DNA from: an uncultured Chloroflexia bacterium
GTDB lineage: Bacteria; Chloroflexota; Ktedonobacteria; Ktedonobacterales; JADMIN01
Length of the DNA stretch: 32,000 nt
NCBI GenBank assembly: GCA_963718915.1
Contig: CAVRAI010000004.1
Location: 750,001 to 782,000 of the forward strand
Direction: 5' to 3'
How positions within the stretch are numbered: the stretch's first letter is position 1; each line of letters opens with the position of its first letter. The position numbers were made by a program, and so were the translations under genes. Of the stretch, positions 31,828 through 32,000 are shown in pieces. The notes beneath the pieces were generated by a model. The model was not told the origin of the DNA. It ran no database searches and saw only the letters and a list, made by a program, of their open reading frames with translations.

Positions 31828-32000
31828 ATGGATCCGCGAATCTCGCGTTGGGCAAAGACGCTGGTGAACTATTGCCTCGAAGTCAAACCTGGGGAGGTTG
31901 TGCAGATTGCCGCGACATCGGCTGCCGAGCCGCTCATCGCGGAGGTCTATCGTGAAGTCTTGCGGGCGGGCGGGCATCCAGTATCCTCGATTCGCCTTCC
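31828..32000 (+). CDS. M29-family aminopeptidase (AmpS/PepS-like), 5' end only
   Basis: My translation reads MDPRISRWAKTLVNYCLEVKPGEVVQIAATSAAEPLIAEVYREVLRAGGHPV..., matching the conserved N-terminus of thermophilic-type M29 aminopeptidases. An in-frame ATG also exists at 31813. The CDS is truncated by the window edge. Confidence 0.7.
   Translation, partial: MDPRISRWAKTLVNYCLEVKPGEVVQIAATSAAEPLIAEVYREVLRAGGHPVSSIRL

Noticed and set aside
1-32000. Search for CRISPR arrays, IS elements, integrases, tRNA/rRNA genes and defence or toxin-antitoxin modules
   Set aside because: I saw no spaced direct repeats, terminal inverted repeats with a transposase ORF, or tRNA-like cloverleaves in any intergenic region by eye. 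This is a negative result from manual inspection only. tRNAscan-SE, Infernal/Rfam and ISfinder searches would be definitive.

Overview
Visibly GC-rich bacterial chromosomal window (composition judged by eye, not computed) with about 30 protein-coding genes on both strands. I found no rRNA, tRNA, CRISPR array, transposase/integrase or prophage content. The family content suggests a Chloroflexota-like genome (inference only): Chlor_Arch_YYY/DUF2298 and TIGR03663 giant membrane proteins, PolX, a PD40 lipoprotein, frequent GTG starts and extended -10 promoters.

The left third (320-10484) is the best candidate for an undescribed system. It is a promoter-led operon of three giant polytopic membrane proteins:
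- a PMT/GT-C-like + YYY fusion, about 1550 aa when reconstructed, interrupted by two +1 frameshifts;
- a second YYY protein of 874 aa;
- a TIGR03663 protein of 921 aa.

Together these make four GT-C-like modules of unknown function, possibly a machine that glycosylates the envelope from lipid-linked sugar donors. A third +1 frameshift interrupts the RNase III gene immediately downstream. All three indels lie in the first 11 kb, so sequence quality there needs checking.

The remainder is mostly housekeeping:
- queA and a DUF4870-like membrane protein;
- an acidic-tail/pseudokinase/PP2C phosphatase followed by an SDR;
- a PRC-like/BON protein;
- a minus-strand block of FmdB zinc ribbon, dtd and rsmI, then a separately promoted TatD hydrolase and a short MshC-like CysRS paralogue;
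- guaA, followed by two unknown small proteins;
- a RibD_C/DHFR-like reductase, an M3 oligoendopeptidase and a PD40 beta-propeller lipoprotein;
- RidA, a Cys/His protein next to PolX, and the start of an M29 aminopeptidase.

All calls rest on my own reading of the ORF translations and the DNA. No database search was run.
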